Origin: Eledone cirrhosa
Taxonomy: Eukaryota
NCBI GenBank assembly: GCA_964016885.1
Contig: OZ024741.1
Location: 65,410,001-65,474,000, forward strand
Length of the DNA: 64,000 bases
Direction of reading: 5' to 3'
Within the stretch, counting starts at the first letter, position 1. The number at the start of each line of letters is the position of its first letter. The notes under the pieces were generated by a model, which worked only from the letters and a program-made list of their open reading frames with translations, was not told where the DNA came from and made no database searches. The position numbers and the translations under genes were made by a program. Positions 1-12,769 of the stretch are shown here, one piece after another.

Positions 1-710
1 ACAAACATACACACAAACACACATGGATCTATTTATAGAAAGGCAGTAATCTGAAATAAGAACTGATTTGAACCGTGACAACCTGTCCGACTTATTCCAA
101 CATGGCAACTGGACGCAAAATGGTGATGGTGTTTGTTACCTTTTTAGTTTCATAAACACACATATACTAACACACAAATATACACGCATAGCCACACATG
201 CACACATATATACACACATACCCACACATACACACAAATATACACACAGGAAAATACTAACACACAAATATATATACCTATCCACACATACACAGATCTG
301 TATATATAAATAGCTTACTTGTTATTTTTTTAGTTTTACAAACACTCACACACAAATACAAACACGTACACACACACACACAGAAGCATACATATGCAAA
401 TACATACATGCAAATACACACACAATTATGTATAAAAACAAGTTACTTACTATCTTTTTAGTTGCACGCATACACACGCACATGTAAACACACATGCCCA
501 CACACAAATACAGATGCATACACATACATACATATTCACAGATCTATATTTAAATGCAGGTTATTCTCTATCTTCACACACACACCCACACACACACACA
601 TATGCAAACACACATTCAAAAACACACACACACGTGCAAACACACACACATACACATACAAACACACACATGGAAACACACACACACATGCAAACACTCT
701 CACACACACA
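1..710. repeat. Degenerate (CA)-rich microsatellite/minisatellite block
   Basis: CA/CACATA runs punctuated by a recurring ttac...ttttagtt motif near 135, 315 and 445; the His/Thr-rich ORFs here are repeat translations. Confidence 0.85.
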
Positions 711-754
711 TGGAATGGAATGGTCTTTCATCAGTTTCAATGACGAGTGTTCCA

Positions 755-1056
755 GTTATTTAATCAATAGAGCAGCCTACTCATGAAATTGATACGTAAG
801 TGACTGAGCATTCTTCAGTCATATGTATCCTTAACGTAATTCTCAGCAAGGTTCAGCAAAATGCTGTGGGTAACATGAGTGACCCTATGAATTACAGGTA
901 CTCTCCATCTGATAGGCTTCCAAACAGTTTCCATCTACTCAACTTCATTTCCAAGTCATAGGTTAGTAACTGACACTTGCCCAAGTTGCCACACAATGGG
1001 ATTGAACCCAGGAACTAATGATTGCAAAGTGCACTCCGTAACCATTTGGCCATGCT
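755..1056 (-). mobile_element. Old tRNA-derived SINE
   Basis: Minus strand reads tggccaaatggtta (A box) ... ggttcaatcc (B box) ... cttgggcaagtgtc; a related body segment occurs near 55500-55640. Confidence 0.6.
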
Positions 1057-1489
1057 GCATCTATACCTCCCCCCCCCACATACATACCCTCACCGTACAC
1101 ACATGCACACAATTACACTTACACATACATATACATATGCTCACTCATTAAGACTACTCTTATATTAATCTAATCTGCAAGATTTAGAGTTCACACTTAT
1201 TACTTATTGATCTTGTCTTAATTAATCATCTATTTGTTTATTTATTTGTTTATTCAAATATAACTTGAGAGATTATCTAGCCAAGGTCAACTTTGCAGGT
1301 TGTCCCTCTAGGGTTGATAAAATAAGTACCAAACAAGAACTGGAGTTGATATAATCAACTGTTCCCTCCCACTAAATTTTTGGCCTTGGAAGAGCATCCA
1401 GTGGTTTCCAAACTCTTACCATGGAAAAGTTGCTGTAAAAATGATGATGATGATGATGATAATGATGTACCTTTGTAAGAAATTGAGGA

Positions 1490-1700
1490 TGGTGGATTGG
1501 CAGAATCATTAAAGCATGAGACAAAATGCCTTGCAGTGTTTGTGCTGGCTCTTTACATTCTGAGTTCAAATCCTGTCAACATCAACTTTGCCTTTCATCC
1601 TTCTGGGCTTAATAAAATAAAGTACTAGCCAAGTACTGTGATCGATTTTATTGACCCCCCTCTCCCTAATTGATGACTATATGCCTAAACTAAAAACCAT
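1490..1700 (+). mobile_element. tRNA-derived SINE, family 2 (diverged copy)
   Basis: tggcagaatc A box, gagttcaaatc B box, central aactttgcctttcatcctt...taaaataaagtac domain shared with more than 15 copies in the window. Confidence 0.8.
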
Positions 1701-1789
1701 TATATGTGTTATTAGTGGTGGTGGTGGTGGTGGTGGTGATGTTTGTGGTGTTAAACTGAGTGCTTGATTTTGTCTACCACCAAAGCAAT

Positions 1790-2408
1790 TACCGTATTTG
1801 ATGGCTTATAATATCTATGGACTTATAAGATGCACCTCAATTTGGGCAAGCATTAAAATAAATGAGTTAAACTACGACTGTCAAGTGGAGGGTATAACAT
1901 TTGTACATCGTATTTTTTATTATCATTCTACATTGCAATTCTAGTTGTAATATTTTAGTACATTTCGAAAACATAAGGAAGTGTGAAAATAAATTTATTT
2001 TATTCTTTACATCGTATATTTGTGTTGAAATATTTAGTACAAAAGAAAGTGGAAATAAATTTATTTTATTCATCATAAACTTTATTAAAATTGTATATTT
2101 TTTTTTTTATTCATGTTTCAATCCTACAAAATCATGGTTGCTACACATGCATGGTTAAGCATTGCCACTTAATTTTCTTCCTGACTTGTGTTATTTTATA
2201 TAAAGTACCAGGAGGTACAATGTTACATAAAAAAGTTGCCATTATTGATGTTGAAGTGATTGCCACTATGTTTACATTGTGGAGATGTTTATGGTTTAAT
2301 TTAAGGGTCACTGCAGCACTAGAGCTCCACTAGCCACAACCCAAACAGACCCTTGACCTTATAAGATGCCAGGTGATTTTCTGGGACATTTTTTTGAAAA
2401 AAAGTGCT
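1790..2408 (+). mobile_element. pogo/Tigger-like non-autonomous DNA transposon remnant
   Basis: Starts taccgtattt...ttataagatgcacc, resembling Tigger/pogo termini; ttataagatgc recurs near 2360; right end is interrupted. Confidence 0.5.
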
Positions 2409-2669
2409 ATCAACTTTGCCTTTTATCTTTTATCTTATGAAATGGCAGAATAGTTAGAGCATCAGACTAAATACCTTGCAGTATTTATTCTGGTTCTTTA
2501 TAATCTGAGATCCAAATGAAGGCCTACTTTGCAATTGAGAAGTTTGTTCTGGGATCACTCTTACTCTATAGCCCCTTGAGCAAATAATTTCTACTAAAGC
2601 TTGAAATGACAGGAACAAATGTTGGATACACCCCGATCCACAGATATGCTTTAATTATTTGCCTTTAAA

Positions 2670-2835
2670 GATAATAACAATGAAAATTATTGTGTACAGT
2701 GCTCAGGTGCACTACAAATCATCAAAGGTGCATGTATAGTACATAGAATAATGTAAAAATGTCAGGAAAGTGAACAGTGTATGAGTCATGATATACAGAC
2801 ACACAGATACATGCATGTGTATGGAGAGGGAATGT
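2670..2835 (-). mobile_element. CR1-like LINE 3' UTR fragment
   Basis: Reverse complement of the CR1-like 3' end at 45490-45655 (gtagtgcacctgagcactgtacacaat). Confidence 0.7.
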
Positions 2836-3597
2836 TCTTTATTTGTTGCCCTGATGCAATGCAGTATTAGTGGACCAAGATCAAAATATCTAACTTCTGG
2901 GCATTGATACATACTCCAAAATATGTAACAATGCCTTGATAATTTACAATAAAAGAACTCAATAAATATTATAGTTATTTTACTAAATCACTTGAAATTT
3001 TTGATTATATTCAAAATTATTATCCCCCTTATCTATCTCTATCTGTCCATCTGTGTGAGTGTGTTGGGGGAGTGTATTTCTGTGGTTGCATAAGTATTTG
3101 TGTATATATAGGTGTATTGCATTACTAGTGAACAAGTGCCCCCAATAATGATGGCAATATCATTGAATATATTCAATTTTAAGAGTCCAGATTGGCATGC
3201 CATATATACTAGGATTACTTGATATATGAATAGTCATATAAATTGAGAAATTTGTATTTTGCTAAATGACTGGTTTGCATAAGAGGAACCCTATAGTTTA
3301 TGTTGATTGCTGGCATGTGGAAGTGATAAAAGATAAGAATATTTCAATTTATTTCTATGATATAATTACATAAACATTTACCATATGACATACAAATGAC
3401 ATACAAGATAAAAAATATGAGTAACTTTGGAGCAATAACTATCTACTGGGAAACATGTAGGGATAGAAGTCAGAACATTGTGACTGTAAAAGGAACATAT
3501 TGTAGCAATATGGCTTGATAGGAAATACATTGTGTGTGTAAAATTAAAAAAGTTAAAGATGGAGTTATATATAAATATATGAACACACTTGATCACA

Positions 3598-3780
3598 CTG
3601 AATTGGCAGTATCGGTAGAGGGTCGGACATGCTTTCTAGCATAGTTATGTCCCTTTATGGTCTGAGTTCAAATCCCGCCAAGGTTAGCTTTGCCTTTCAT
3701 CCTTATGGGGTCGATAAAATAAAGTACCAGTAATGTACTGGGTAATTGCTGGCCTTGTGCCAAAAGTAGAAACAATTATT
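3598..3780 (+). mobile_element. tRNA-derived SINE, family 2
   Basis: A/B boxes, gcctttcatccttatggggtcgataaaataaagtaccag core, 3' end ccttgtgccaaaagtagaaacaattatt. Further copies near 35464-35656(+), 35976-36158(-), 36857-36970(-), 37656-37852(+), 39640-39857(+), 42283-42450(-), 44085-44230(+), 44978-45130(-), 45658-45857(+), 52250-52410(-), 57855-58070(-). Confidence 0.9.
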
Positions 3781-3934
3781 ACATTATGTGTCTGTCTGTA
3801 AGAAGAAATTATTGAACTGAGAGGCAAGCTCTCCTTCATCAACACTCTAAAGCTATTAGTTACTTCCTGTTGGATTGTGTTTTGTCTTTAGTGTATTTAC
3901 TGCTTACTACAAGATTAACTGTTTACCAAATCAT

Positions 3935-4155
3935 TTAACCCTTTAGCATTTAAACGGACCATATCCAACCAGAATTCTCTCACCTTTTTCTGTTCAAACC
4001 GGCCATAACTGGCTGCCTATACTTATGTTATAGTATTGTTCTCAAAATAATTATCTCAATCTCATAGATTCGATATTATGTGAGATAATTATGTGAAATA
4101 AAGTGTTTACCATGATCATACAATAGTAAATATAATGTAATGGCTAAAGGGTTAA
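3935..4155. mobile_element. TTAA-flanked piggyBac-like MITE
   Basis: TTAA-CCCTTTAGC ... GCTAAAGGG-TTAA; opposite-orientation copies at 38841-39069, 41022-41237, 53639-53867. Confidence 0.85.
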
Positions 4156-4183
4156 ACTTACTTCATACATCTGTCTCTCCTCT

Positions 4184-4416
4184 TAACCCTTCTGTTACCA
4201 TATTTCTAATGAAAGATGCACATATGATTTTCAGATCATTTAAAAGATAATAAAGAATTTAGTAATATAGCTAACTATATCATTATTAAGCTGGTGTTTG
4301 GAGCATAACTTAACAAAGTTTCTTACACAAAATTATGTTGGAATAATTTTAAATAAAACAGTTTTGTATAATAGAATCATGTGCAGTTTCAGGCAGTTTG
4401 GTATCAAAATGGCTGA
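4184..4416. mobile_element. Second TTAA/CCCTT MITE family (diverged)
   Basis: ttaacccttctgttacc ... ggtatcaaaatggctga; relatives near 4575-4846, 8815-9055, 58283-58483. Confidence 0.55.
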
Positions 4417-4848
4417 CTAAACCTTCAATATGTCTTCCTTGCGACACTTCGTACTAAACATCTTCCCCAATTTTTCACCCCACAATATGCATTACCCTGG
4501 AAATCCTAGAAGATGGTGAAGTGAAAATATTAAAACTCCAAACAAAACTTACCAAGATCAGTTTTGCTATTCTTCCGTTAAGAGTTTAACATTTTTTATA
4601 TTAAACCACTTGAAACTGGTCTTGGTTCTATTATACAAAACTGTTTACTTTAATGTGTTTATATTTATCTAAAGAACCTTCCATGATAATTTTATGTAAC
4701 ATCCTTTAAGTTATATTCAAAATACCAGCTTAGTCATGAAAATATTAATTACATTATTAATCCTTCCAAATTTGTGATTATTTTCAAAATGATTTCAAAA
4801 TCATAGGTAGTGTATTTTGTTAGAAATATGATATTGAAAGGGTTCAAA

Positions 4849-5210
4849 CAGCTGTCCTTTTTGCACCACGGACCGGTGTCATCGAAACAATTTCTTCCCA
4901 GACTGGGGGGGGGGGGGGGTCGGTGTCAGTCACATACATAACAAAACACAATAAACAATAAAGTGCAAATTATATAATTTAATTATTAATTTAATTATTA
5001 ATTTAATTATTACATTTATACTTGCAAGCAGGGAAAAGTGGACGTAAAATGATGATGATGATGATACTGTAAATGTGACTCAACTCAACATAAGGTAGAC
5101 AACGATAGTCAGTAAAATGGAAAAAAATGTTTTTATTCTTTCTGTGTGGCCTGGTACCAAATGGTCGACGGCTCACTACTAGTCTGCAGCCCGGTGGTTG
5201 GGGACCGCTG
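4849..5210. mobile_element. hAT (Charlie/MER1-like) MITE
   Basis: Right end reads cagcggtccccaaccaccgggc on the minus strand; 8-bp TSD ggttcaaa (4841-4848)/ggttaaaa (5211-5218); holds a short RTE tail at 5019-5066. Confidence 0.75.
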
Positions 5211-5429
5211 GGTTAAAATATATATTACCAGCCACTTACTCTGACCTTGTACTGCTGCTGATAGTATTGTTGTTCTTTAGTAGTCTCAGGTCGTCTGTCA
5301 TTGTCATTGTATCATATTTTCTGTAGATAATGTATTCATGACTACATTAATTTATATGCCTTTTCTTTTTTTAAAAAGACATGTTATTTGAGGGCAAGTT
5401 GATTGTTATTTCTAGCATAATCAAGCAAC

Positions 5430-5632
5430 TATAAGAGTCAACTGAAAAGTTCATAGACTAACTATGAAGGAATGATGCTAGAGCTATTAAATCTTGCATA
5501 CTTTAATTTCAACTCTTCTTATTAATAACTTGCCTTGTTTCTTTCCAGGGACTATGTTGAAATACAAACCTCATTTGGTCATTCCATGAGAGTGTCTTAG
5601 TCAGCCTATGAACTTTTCAACCGACCCTCCTA
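5430..5632. mobile_element. Tc1/mariner-type MITE
   Basis: TA-flanked TIRs gtcaactgaaaagttcatagac / gcctatgaacttttcaaccgac; other copies near 50440-50627 and 52410-52570. Confidence 0.8.
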
Positions 5633-5671
5633 TGTAGAGGCTCCCTTGTTATATTTGTTATTGATATTAAT

Positions 5672-5858
5672 TGTTTCTACTTTTGGCACAAGGCCAGCAA
5701 TTATCCCAGTGCATTACTGATACTTTATTTTATCGACCCCCCGTAAGGATGAAAGGCAAAGTTAACCTTGGCGGGATTTGAACTCAAACCGTAAAGGGCT
5801 GTAGCTATGCTGCGAAGCATGTTGTTTGACGCTCTACCAATACTGCCAATCCACCGCC
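5672..5858 (-). mobile_element. tRNA-derived SINE, family 2
   Basis: Full-length reverse complement of the family-2 consensus. Confidence 0.9.
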
Positions 5859-5860
5859 CT

Positions 5861-6203
5861 ATTCATTTCATTTTCATTTCATTTTACGTCCACTTTTCCC
5901 TGCTTGCAAGGGTGGGACGAGAACTGATTCTGGCTTGATTTCTACAGCTGGGTGCCCTTCCTAACACCAACCTCATTTACAGTGAGTGCTGGGTGCTTTT
6001 TTGCCGTGGCACCTCCACGACCACTTTGCAGTGGAATGATAGGGACCCAGTCCCTATCATCTCATTTCTACAGCTGAGTAAACTAGAGCAATGTGAAATA
6101 AAGTGTCTTGCTCAAGGAAACAACACATCACCCGGTCTGAGAATTGAACTCACAACCTTTCGATTGCAAGGCCAATGCTCTAACCACTAAGCCATGTGCC
6201 TTC
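5861..6203 (-). mobile_element. tRNA(Ala-TGC-like)-headed SINE, family 1, with RTE-derived tail
   Basis: tggcttagtggttag A box, cttgcaa loop, gagttcaattc B box, ccttgagcaagacacttta domain, RTE-type 3' stem-loop and tandem tail; copies at 16916-17185(+, 5'-truncated), 34693-35091(+), 50631-50974(-). Confidence 0.9.
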
Positions 6204-6554
6204 TATTATTGATATTAATGCTGGGCAATTATTCCTCCTCATCTCCCCACCTTTTATAGAGGCTGAACTATTTTATATCTTTCCATGTAACTCATTGTAT
6301 CATAATGTACCTCCCCACCATCCTCAACCTTATCCTGAATGACATAGAGATAGAATTAGTACTTACTGCTGACTTAGAAGTACCTACTCTCCCTGGTTCT
6401 CTCACTACCATCCTATACTATACTACCCACTGCCCTTCACCCTACACACACTGAACTTAATATTTAATAAACTGTGGAGGTGGTAGTGTGTCGGTAGTGG
6501 TGGGAGGATTTATGAAATCATTAATGTTCATTGTGTTTAGTTGCCTTAGGGGAG

Positions 6555-6625
6555 ATGTGTGTGTGTGTGTGCATGTGTGTGCATATCTGTTTAGGTGCAT
6601 GTGTAAGTATGTTCATCTGTGTTTT

Positions 6626-6662
<37 letters not shown>

Positions 6663-7920
6663 CTATGTTTAGGTGCATATGTAAGTGTGTGCATCTGTGT
6701 TTTGGTGTGTGTGTGTATCTATGTTTAGGTGCATATGTAAGTGTGTGCATCTGTGTTTTGGTGTGTGTGTGTATCTATGTTTAGGTGCATATGTAAGTGT
6801 GTGCATCTGTGTTTTGGTGTGTGTGTGTATCTGTGTTTAGGTGCATATGTAAGTGTGTGCATCTGTGTTTTGGTGTGTGTGTGTATCTATGTTTAGGTGC
6901 ATATGTAAGTGTGTGCATCTGTGTTTTGGTGTGTGTGTATATCTATGTTTAGGTGCATATGTAAGTGTGTGCATCTCTGTTTTGGTGTGTGCGTGTGTAT
7001 CTATGTTTAGGTGCATATGTAAGTGTGTGCATCTGTGTTTTGGTGTGTGTGTGTGTATTTATATTTAGGTGCATATGTAAGTGTGTGCATCTCTGTTTTG
7101 GTGTGTGTGTGTGTATCTGTGTTTAGGTGCATATGTAAGTGTGTGCATCTGTGTTTTGGTGTGTGTGTGTATATCTATGTTTAGGTGCATATGTAAGTGT
7201 GTGCATCTGTGTTTTGGTGTGTGTGTGTATCTGTGTTTAGGTGCATATGTAAGTGTGTGCATCTGTGTTTTGGTGTGTGTGTGTATATCTATGTTTAGGT
7301 GCATATGTAAGTGTGTGCATCTGTGTTTTGGTGTGTGTGTGTATTTATGTTTAGGTGCATATGTAAGTGTGTGCATCTCTGTTTTGGTGTGTGTGTGTAT
7401 CTATGTTTAGGTGCATATGTAAGTGTGTGCATCTGTGTTTTGGTGTGTGTGTGTGTATCTATGTTTAGGTGCATATGTAAGTGTGTGCATCTGTGTTTTG
7501 GTGTGTGTGTGTGTGTATTTATATTTAGGTGCATATGTAAGTGTGTGCATCTCTGTTTTGGTGTGTGTGTGTGTATCTGTGTTTAGGTGCATATGTAAGT
7601 GTGTGCATCTCTGTTTTGGTGTGTGTGTGTATATCTATGTTTAGGTGCATATGTAAGTGTGTGCATCTGTGTTTTGGTGTGTGTGTGTGTATCTATGTTT
7701 AGGTGCATATGTAAGTGTGTGCATCTGTGTTTTGGTGTGTGTGTGTATATCTATGTTTAGGTGCATATGTAAGTGTGTGCATCTGTGTTTTGGTGTGTGT
7801 GTGTATTTATGTTTAGGTGCATATGTAAGTGTGTGCATCTCTGTTTTGGTGTGTGTGTGTATCTGTGTTTAGGTGCATATGTAAGTGTGTGCATCTGTGT
7901 TTTGGTGTGCTTGTGTATGT
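6555..7920. repeat. ~56-60 bp GT-rich minisatellite, about 23 units
   Basis: Unit atctatgtttaggtgcatatgtaagtgtgtgcatctgtgttttg(gt)n with variable GT count; decays into GT-rich sequence to about 8250. Confidence 0.95.
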
Positions 7921-9734
7921 ATGTGTGTTGGTTGTTTAGGTACAAGTGTGTATTAGGTGCATTTTTTGTGTGTATCTGCATTTAAGTATATGTGTGTCTT
8001 TGTGTGTGTATCTGTGTTTAGGTAGCTGTGTGTGTGTGTGTATATCTGTGTTTAGGTAGATGTGTGTGTGTGTATATCTCTGTTTAGGCACATGTGTGTA
8101 TTTATGTATGTATGTGCACCTATATATGTGGTGATTGTATGTGAATGTGTGTGTATATCTATGTGTGTATATACCTGTGTATATCTATACATTTAAGTAT
8201 GAACATCTGTGTATGTGTATGTATGCATGATCCTGTATGTGTGTGCACTTTATACACATAAAGCAAACACCCAGATAGCTACATTCATATACATAGTTGT
8301 ATACACACAGACAGAAATACATATAGGTACATACAATAAGGTCTTCACATATATGTAATCACACATACATTATCACACACACATCTACAGACATAAACAC
8401 CTACCCACATAAGTACTTACACACACAAATTGGTACACCTATACACATGCACATTGACATATACACATAGATGTACAGATAGAGGTTAAATGAGTGAATG
8501 GAAAAAGTACACAGAACTTCAGTGATTATTTTGACATGCAGTTGACTCCTGTTTGCCTAGTTCTGAAGCTAATTTTCTGCAGTATGTTTACATTGTGTGT
8601 CAAATGCTACTTATGCTTTCATGGTAAATTATGGTTAAAAGACTTAAAACACTCATAACATGTTAACAATAGCTATTACTTCTCAGTAATGGCCAATGCT
8701 TCTCAGACTCAGAGAATATCAAATACTGGGTCATGGCACATATTTAAAAGATTTGTGTTGGTTTAAAATTTCTTTAAAATAAGCCCTAAAACCCAGTAAG
8801 TTATGAAAATTCTCTTAACTCTTTCATGATTGCATTTTTAATGACATACACTCTATTTTAAATAATTAATGTGGAATTTCGAAGGATTTACTTAAATAAC
8901 TAATTATTTCATTAGTAACATTATAACTTAATGTAAGGTCCTTAAATAAAATTATGTTGGAAGATTTTAATTTAGATTGGAGCCCTTTAAAATGGGTGGT
9001 TTTGTTTCATAGAACCAGAGCTGGTTTTGGCCAGGTTGGTAACTAAAGGGTTGAAATAAACCCTGCAGAACTTGAGTTCATGTTGATAGCAAATATTTCC
9101 TTGTGGCTATAGGAAGAATATATAGTTTTTTAAGTAGTTATAGACTAACTTAATATCCATGGTAAGATTGTCTCTCATCGAGTTCATATAAGAGAAAGTA
9201 AAATTAAACTTTAGTCCTATCAGCCATTGTATCTGACAAAAGGTTTATATGTGTTTCACTTTGATGAGGACACAATGACCTCCTTAGTGTTAAGGCCACA
9301 ATAAAATGCACCCCCTATAGTCTGTAAAGTGGTAAGGCTTGTGCCATAATAAAATGTACTCTCCCATATGTTCTAAATAAATGAAGTCGACTTTCAAATT
9401 TGTAGTAGTTTTTCAATGTATTTTAATTGGCAATTATAAGTCTGATGAAATACTTTTCCCATACATCATAGTATTAAAGAAAAGTCATTGAGTAGCAGAC
9501 ACCAAAACAATGTTTACTCTAATTATATACCATGTAATTGTTGTGATATAAAGTTGCCAATTCATTGACATTGCTTAATCATTTATACCTTCTCTGATGA
9601 CACAGAAATGAGCAGAATTAATATCTAAGATCGTGAGTGAATGCTTAGATTGTAATATATGGATACATCTATATATGAATAATGGAGCTTGAGCAAGATT
9701 TTTCACTATTTCGATATTTAATTTATTTTTTGTT

Positions 9735-10234
9735 CATCATCATCATTCGTCATCATCATCATCGTTTAACATCTATCTTCCATGTTAGCATGGGTTAGAC
9801 GGAAATTGTCCCACTTGAGGCAAGATTGATTGGGTGACCGTGCTCACTCATATAGGACTGTATCTGGCAGGTTTTCTACGACTGGATGCCCTGCCTAACG
9901 CCTAACACCAACCACATTTACAGTGTGAACTGGGAGCCTTTTTACCATGTCTCCTACACGACCACTTTACAGTGTGAACTGGGAGCCTTTTTACCATGTC
10001 TCCTACACGACCACTTTACAGTGTGAACTGGGTGCTTTTTGTTGTGACACCTACACAACCTCTTTAGTTTGAACTGGATGTTCTGTGGTACCAACATAAC
10101 TTTACACAGAGAGGGTGGTGTTGGTGGGAGTGGGAGGATGGAGTAGGGGTAGTGGGTTGGGGTGTATATTTGGTTAAGAGGTGCCTACTGACTGTAGGTT
10201 TAACTTTGTATATAAGGGAAGGCAGGTCTTCTCT
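9735..10234 (-). mobile_element. RTE family A 3' end (ORF stop region + 3' UTR + (GAT)n tail)
   Basis: Matches 20683-21096; internal duplication of a ~47-bp module; 5' end abuts (CT)/(TA). Confidence 0.85.
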
Positions 10235-10996
10235 CTCTCTATATATATATACATTAATGTCTCTCTCAAGCATGAAAGCTCATCAAGCTGGTGCTTATGT
10301 TGGTTTCCCTAAGAGTACAGGATGCCAGTCCATTGCAGGGTTGACTCCCAGTTATTTCTGGTACTTGTTTTCAGCTGAGTGTACTGGAGCAATGCAATAT
10401 GAAATGTTAATATATGTATATATTCACACATTCACAGAGATGCTGAGGAATCAAAGTGTTTCTCTTTTTGTATTACTTAGCCTTTATTTGACACATATTT
10501 TTCTGTTTAATGCATATCCTTTATATTTTTCCTATTTTTGGTGGTTATCTCTATTTACAGCACCATTAGTCATGTATTGCCAACAGAGATATAATTAGTT
10601 TTGTTCTAATATGGATTTTATTTTTCTTGGTATTAAACGTACAATTGTTTAAGAATCCATCTATCATTAATAGATTTTTGTAGTGTCCAAAGTTAAATTT
10701 AAATTCAACACTTTCATGTCTATACTACTAATGACTTGATCAATAAGAGCATCATTTTTTTTTTCAAGGGAGTACTGCAACTAACAAATATGCAGTCTGT
10801 GTGTTTCAATTAATGTTGAAACTGAATAAGAATAATAGGAATTTGGAAGAATTTAATAAAATAGCTAACGCATCTGTTTATATATAATTATGTACTTGCT
10901 TATAATGTCTACCCATAATTACGAGCAATGAAATTTAAATATGTTTATATGTATATATATAACTTCTCCATTACCAAAGGTTTCTGGATTCCAGAC

Positions 10997-11041
<45 letters not shown>

Positions 11042-11053
11042 TATATATATATA

Positions 11054-11272
11054 TGTAAAAGGTAAACAGAAATAACAACACAATCGGTACAGTATATGGA
11101 AGGTATATATTAGGTTAACGCTTGATATAGCAGAAAGAGGGTCTTAACGTTTCAGACGCTAGTCCTTCATCAGAAGAAAGAATGATAAATAAAATAGATT
11201 GAGGGGACGGGCGGGATGGAATTGGAAAAAATGTCTTTAGATAAAAATATTAGGTCCATTCATGTTGACATC
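11054..11272 (-). mobile_element. PLE-type pseudo-LTR with minimal hammerhead ribozyme
   Basis: Minus strand tctt-CTGATGA-aggac-tagc-gtct-GAAAcgtt-aaga at 11142-11177; same family at 11873-12046(+), 48612-48836(+), degenerate near 12500-12660. Confidence 0.75.
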
Positions 11273-11275
11273 TCT

Positions 11276-11525
11276 TAAGCAATGTTTTATATACTTAACA
11301 TGTATATGTGACTATTGGTGTTGGGCTCCAGTTATGGCCAACACTGTATATTAGAGGAGGCACTTTTAAACTGGGTCTTCTATAGGCACGTGGACAGATA
11401 TATCTGCCCATATGCCCAAAGAAGGGCCAGTTTAAAAGTGCCTCCTCCAATATATAGTGGTGGCCATAACTGGACCCTAAAACCAATGGTAGCACATGCA
11501 TGTTAAGTGTATGAAACTTTGTTTA
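11276..11525. repeat. 250-bp loop-less imperfect palindrome
   Basis: Arms of 125 bp centred on cagata|tatctg (11400/11401), ungapped, about 22 mismatches by manual alignment. Confidence 0.9.
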
Positions 11526-11772
11526 TACTAAATAAGCTCTCTTCCAACAGATTGAACACTGTTTTCCTTGATCTTTCATCTTAGGATTTCTACACACACA
11601 CTCACACATATATATGTTTAGATAGGACCACCAATATAAACTCGTATATCTGAAGAGGTGTCGATTAAGAGACAGGATCCGATCGGCTGATCAAACCCAA
11701 GCTGATCGATGTTGAAATAGTTGTAATATGCAATAAAGTTTCATAACAAGCTGCAAATCTGACTTCCTATTG

Positions 11773-11845
<73 letters not shown>

Positions 11846-11872
11846 GTATATATATATATATATATATATATT

Positions 11873-12046
11873 TTTTTTCCAATTCCAACCCGCCCGTCCC
11901 CTCAATCTATCTTATTTCTCATTCTTTCTTCTGATGAAGGACTAGCGTCCGAAAAGTTAAGACCCTCTTCTATATCAAGCATTAACCTAATACATCCCTT
12001 CCATATACTGTACCGATTGTGTTGTTATTTTTGTTTACCTTTTACA
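11873..12046 (+). mobile_element. PLE-type pseudo-LTR with hammerhead, inverted partner of 11054-11231
   Basis: CTGATGA at 11931-11937, stem II ggac/gtcc, GAAA at 11951-11954. Confidence 0.75.
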
Positions 12047-12061
12047 TACATATATATCTAT

Positions 12062-12145
<84 letters not shown>

Positions 12146-12240
12146 GATAACAAGTTATCGTTTTAGGTAATCCAGTTAGAAGTTGTGAGTAAATAAAACC
12201 CTTTTTGTACAGCTGACCATGTTATTATTCACTCTTTCAC

Positions 12241-12292
<52 letters not shown>

Positions 12293-12769
12293 AGCATTAT
12301 TCTCTCTAACGTGTAGGCATGTGCACACATATTTTGTAACCAGTGCACAAAAGAAATTAATGTGTAAAAGCAATTTTGTGAACAAAAGATTAATTGCTTA
12401 AAATAAGGCAGTAATTAATGATATCGACTTTTCAAAATGGTTAACTAACTCTCATGTTTGGCTTTTCCCCATTTTCTTTCTTCTTTACTCTCATCTATCT
12501 TTCTACTTCTTTTCTCTCCCAAACATACTCACTTCTCTCTCTTATTCTATCTTATGATGAAGGACTAATGTCCAAAACATTAAGACTCTTACCCCACTAC
12601 ATCAAGCATTAAACTAATACATCATCAATGTATTATATTGTTCTTCTGTATTGTTGCCTTTTCTTATAATAGATAAATTAAACTTACACATTCAGTCCAC
12701 ACATTTATCACAAGTAAAGAATTGCACAAAATAGATTTGTTGTGCATACTGAGGATTAACAGTTAGAAA

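Noticed and set aside
6488-7985. Cys/Val-rich and His/Thr-rich repeat proteins; CRISPR-like look
   Set aside because: Tandem minisatellite with no unique spacers; variable GT counts shift frame; eukaryotic context with no cas genes
9585-9720. ctgatga...gaaa hammerhead; duplicated exon with 43855-43980
   Set aside because: No stem II between the motifs and the second copy reads ctgttga; treated as an old dispersed repeat
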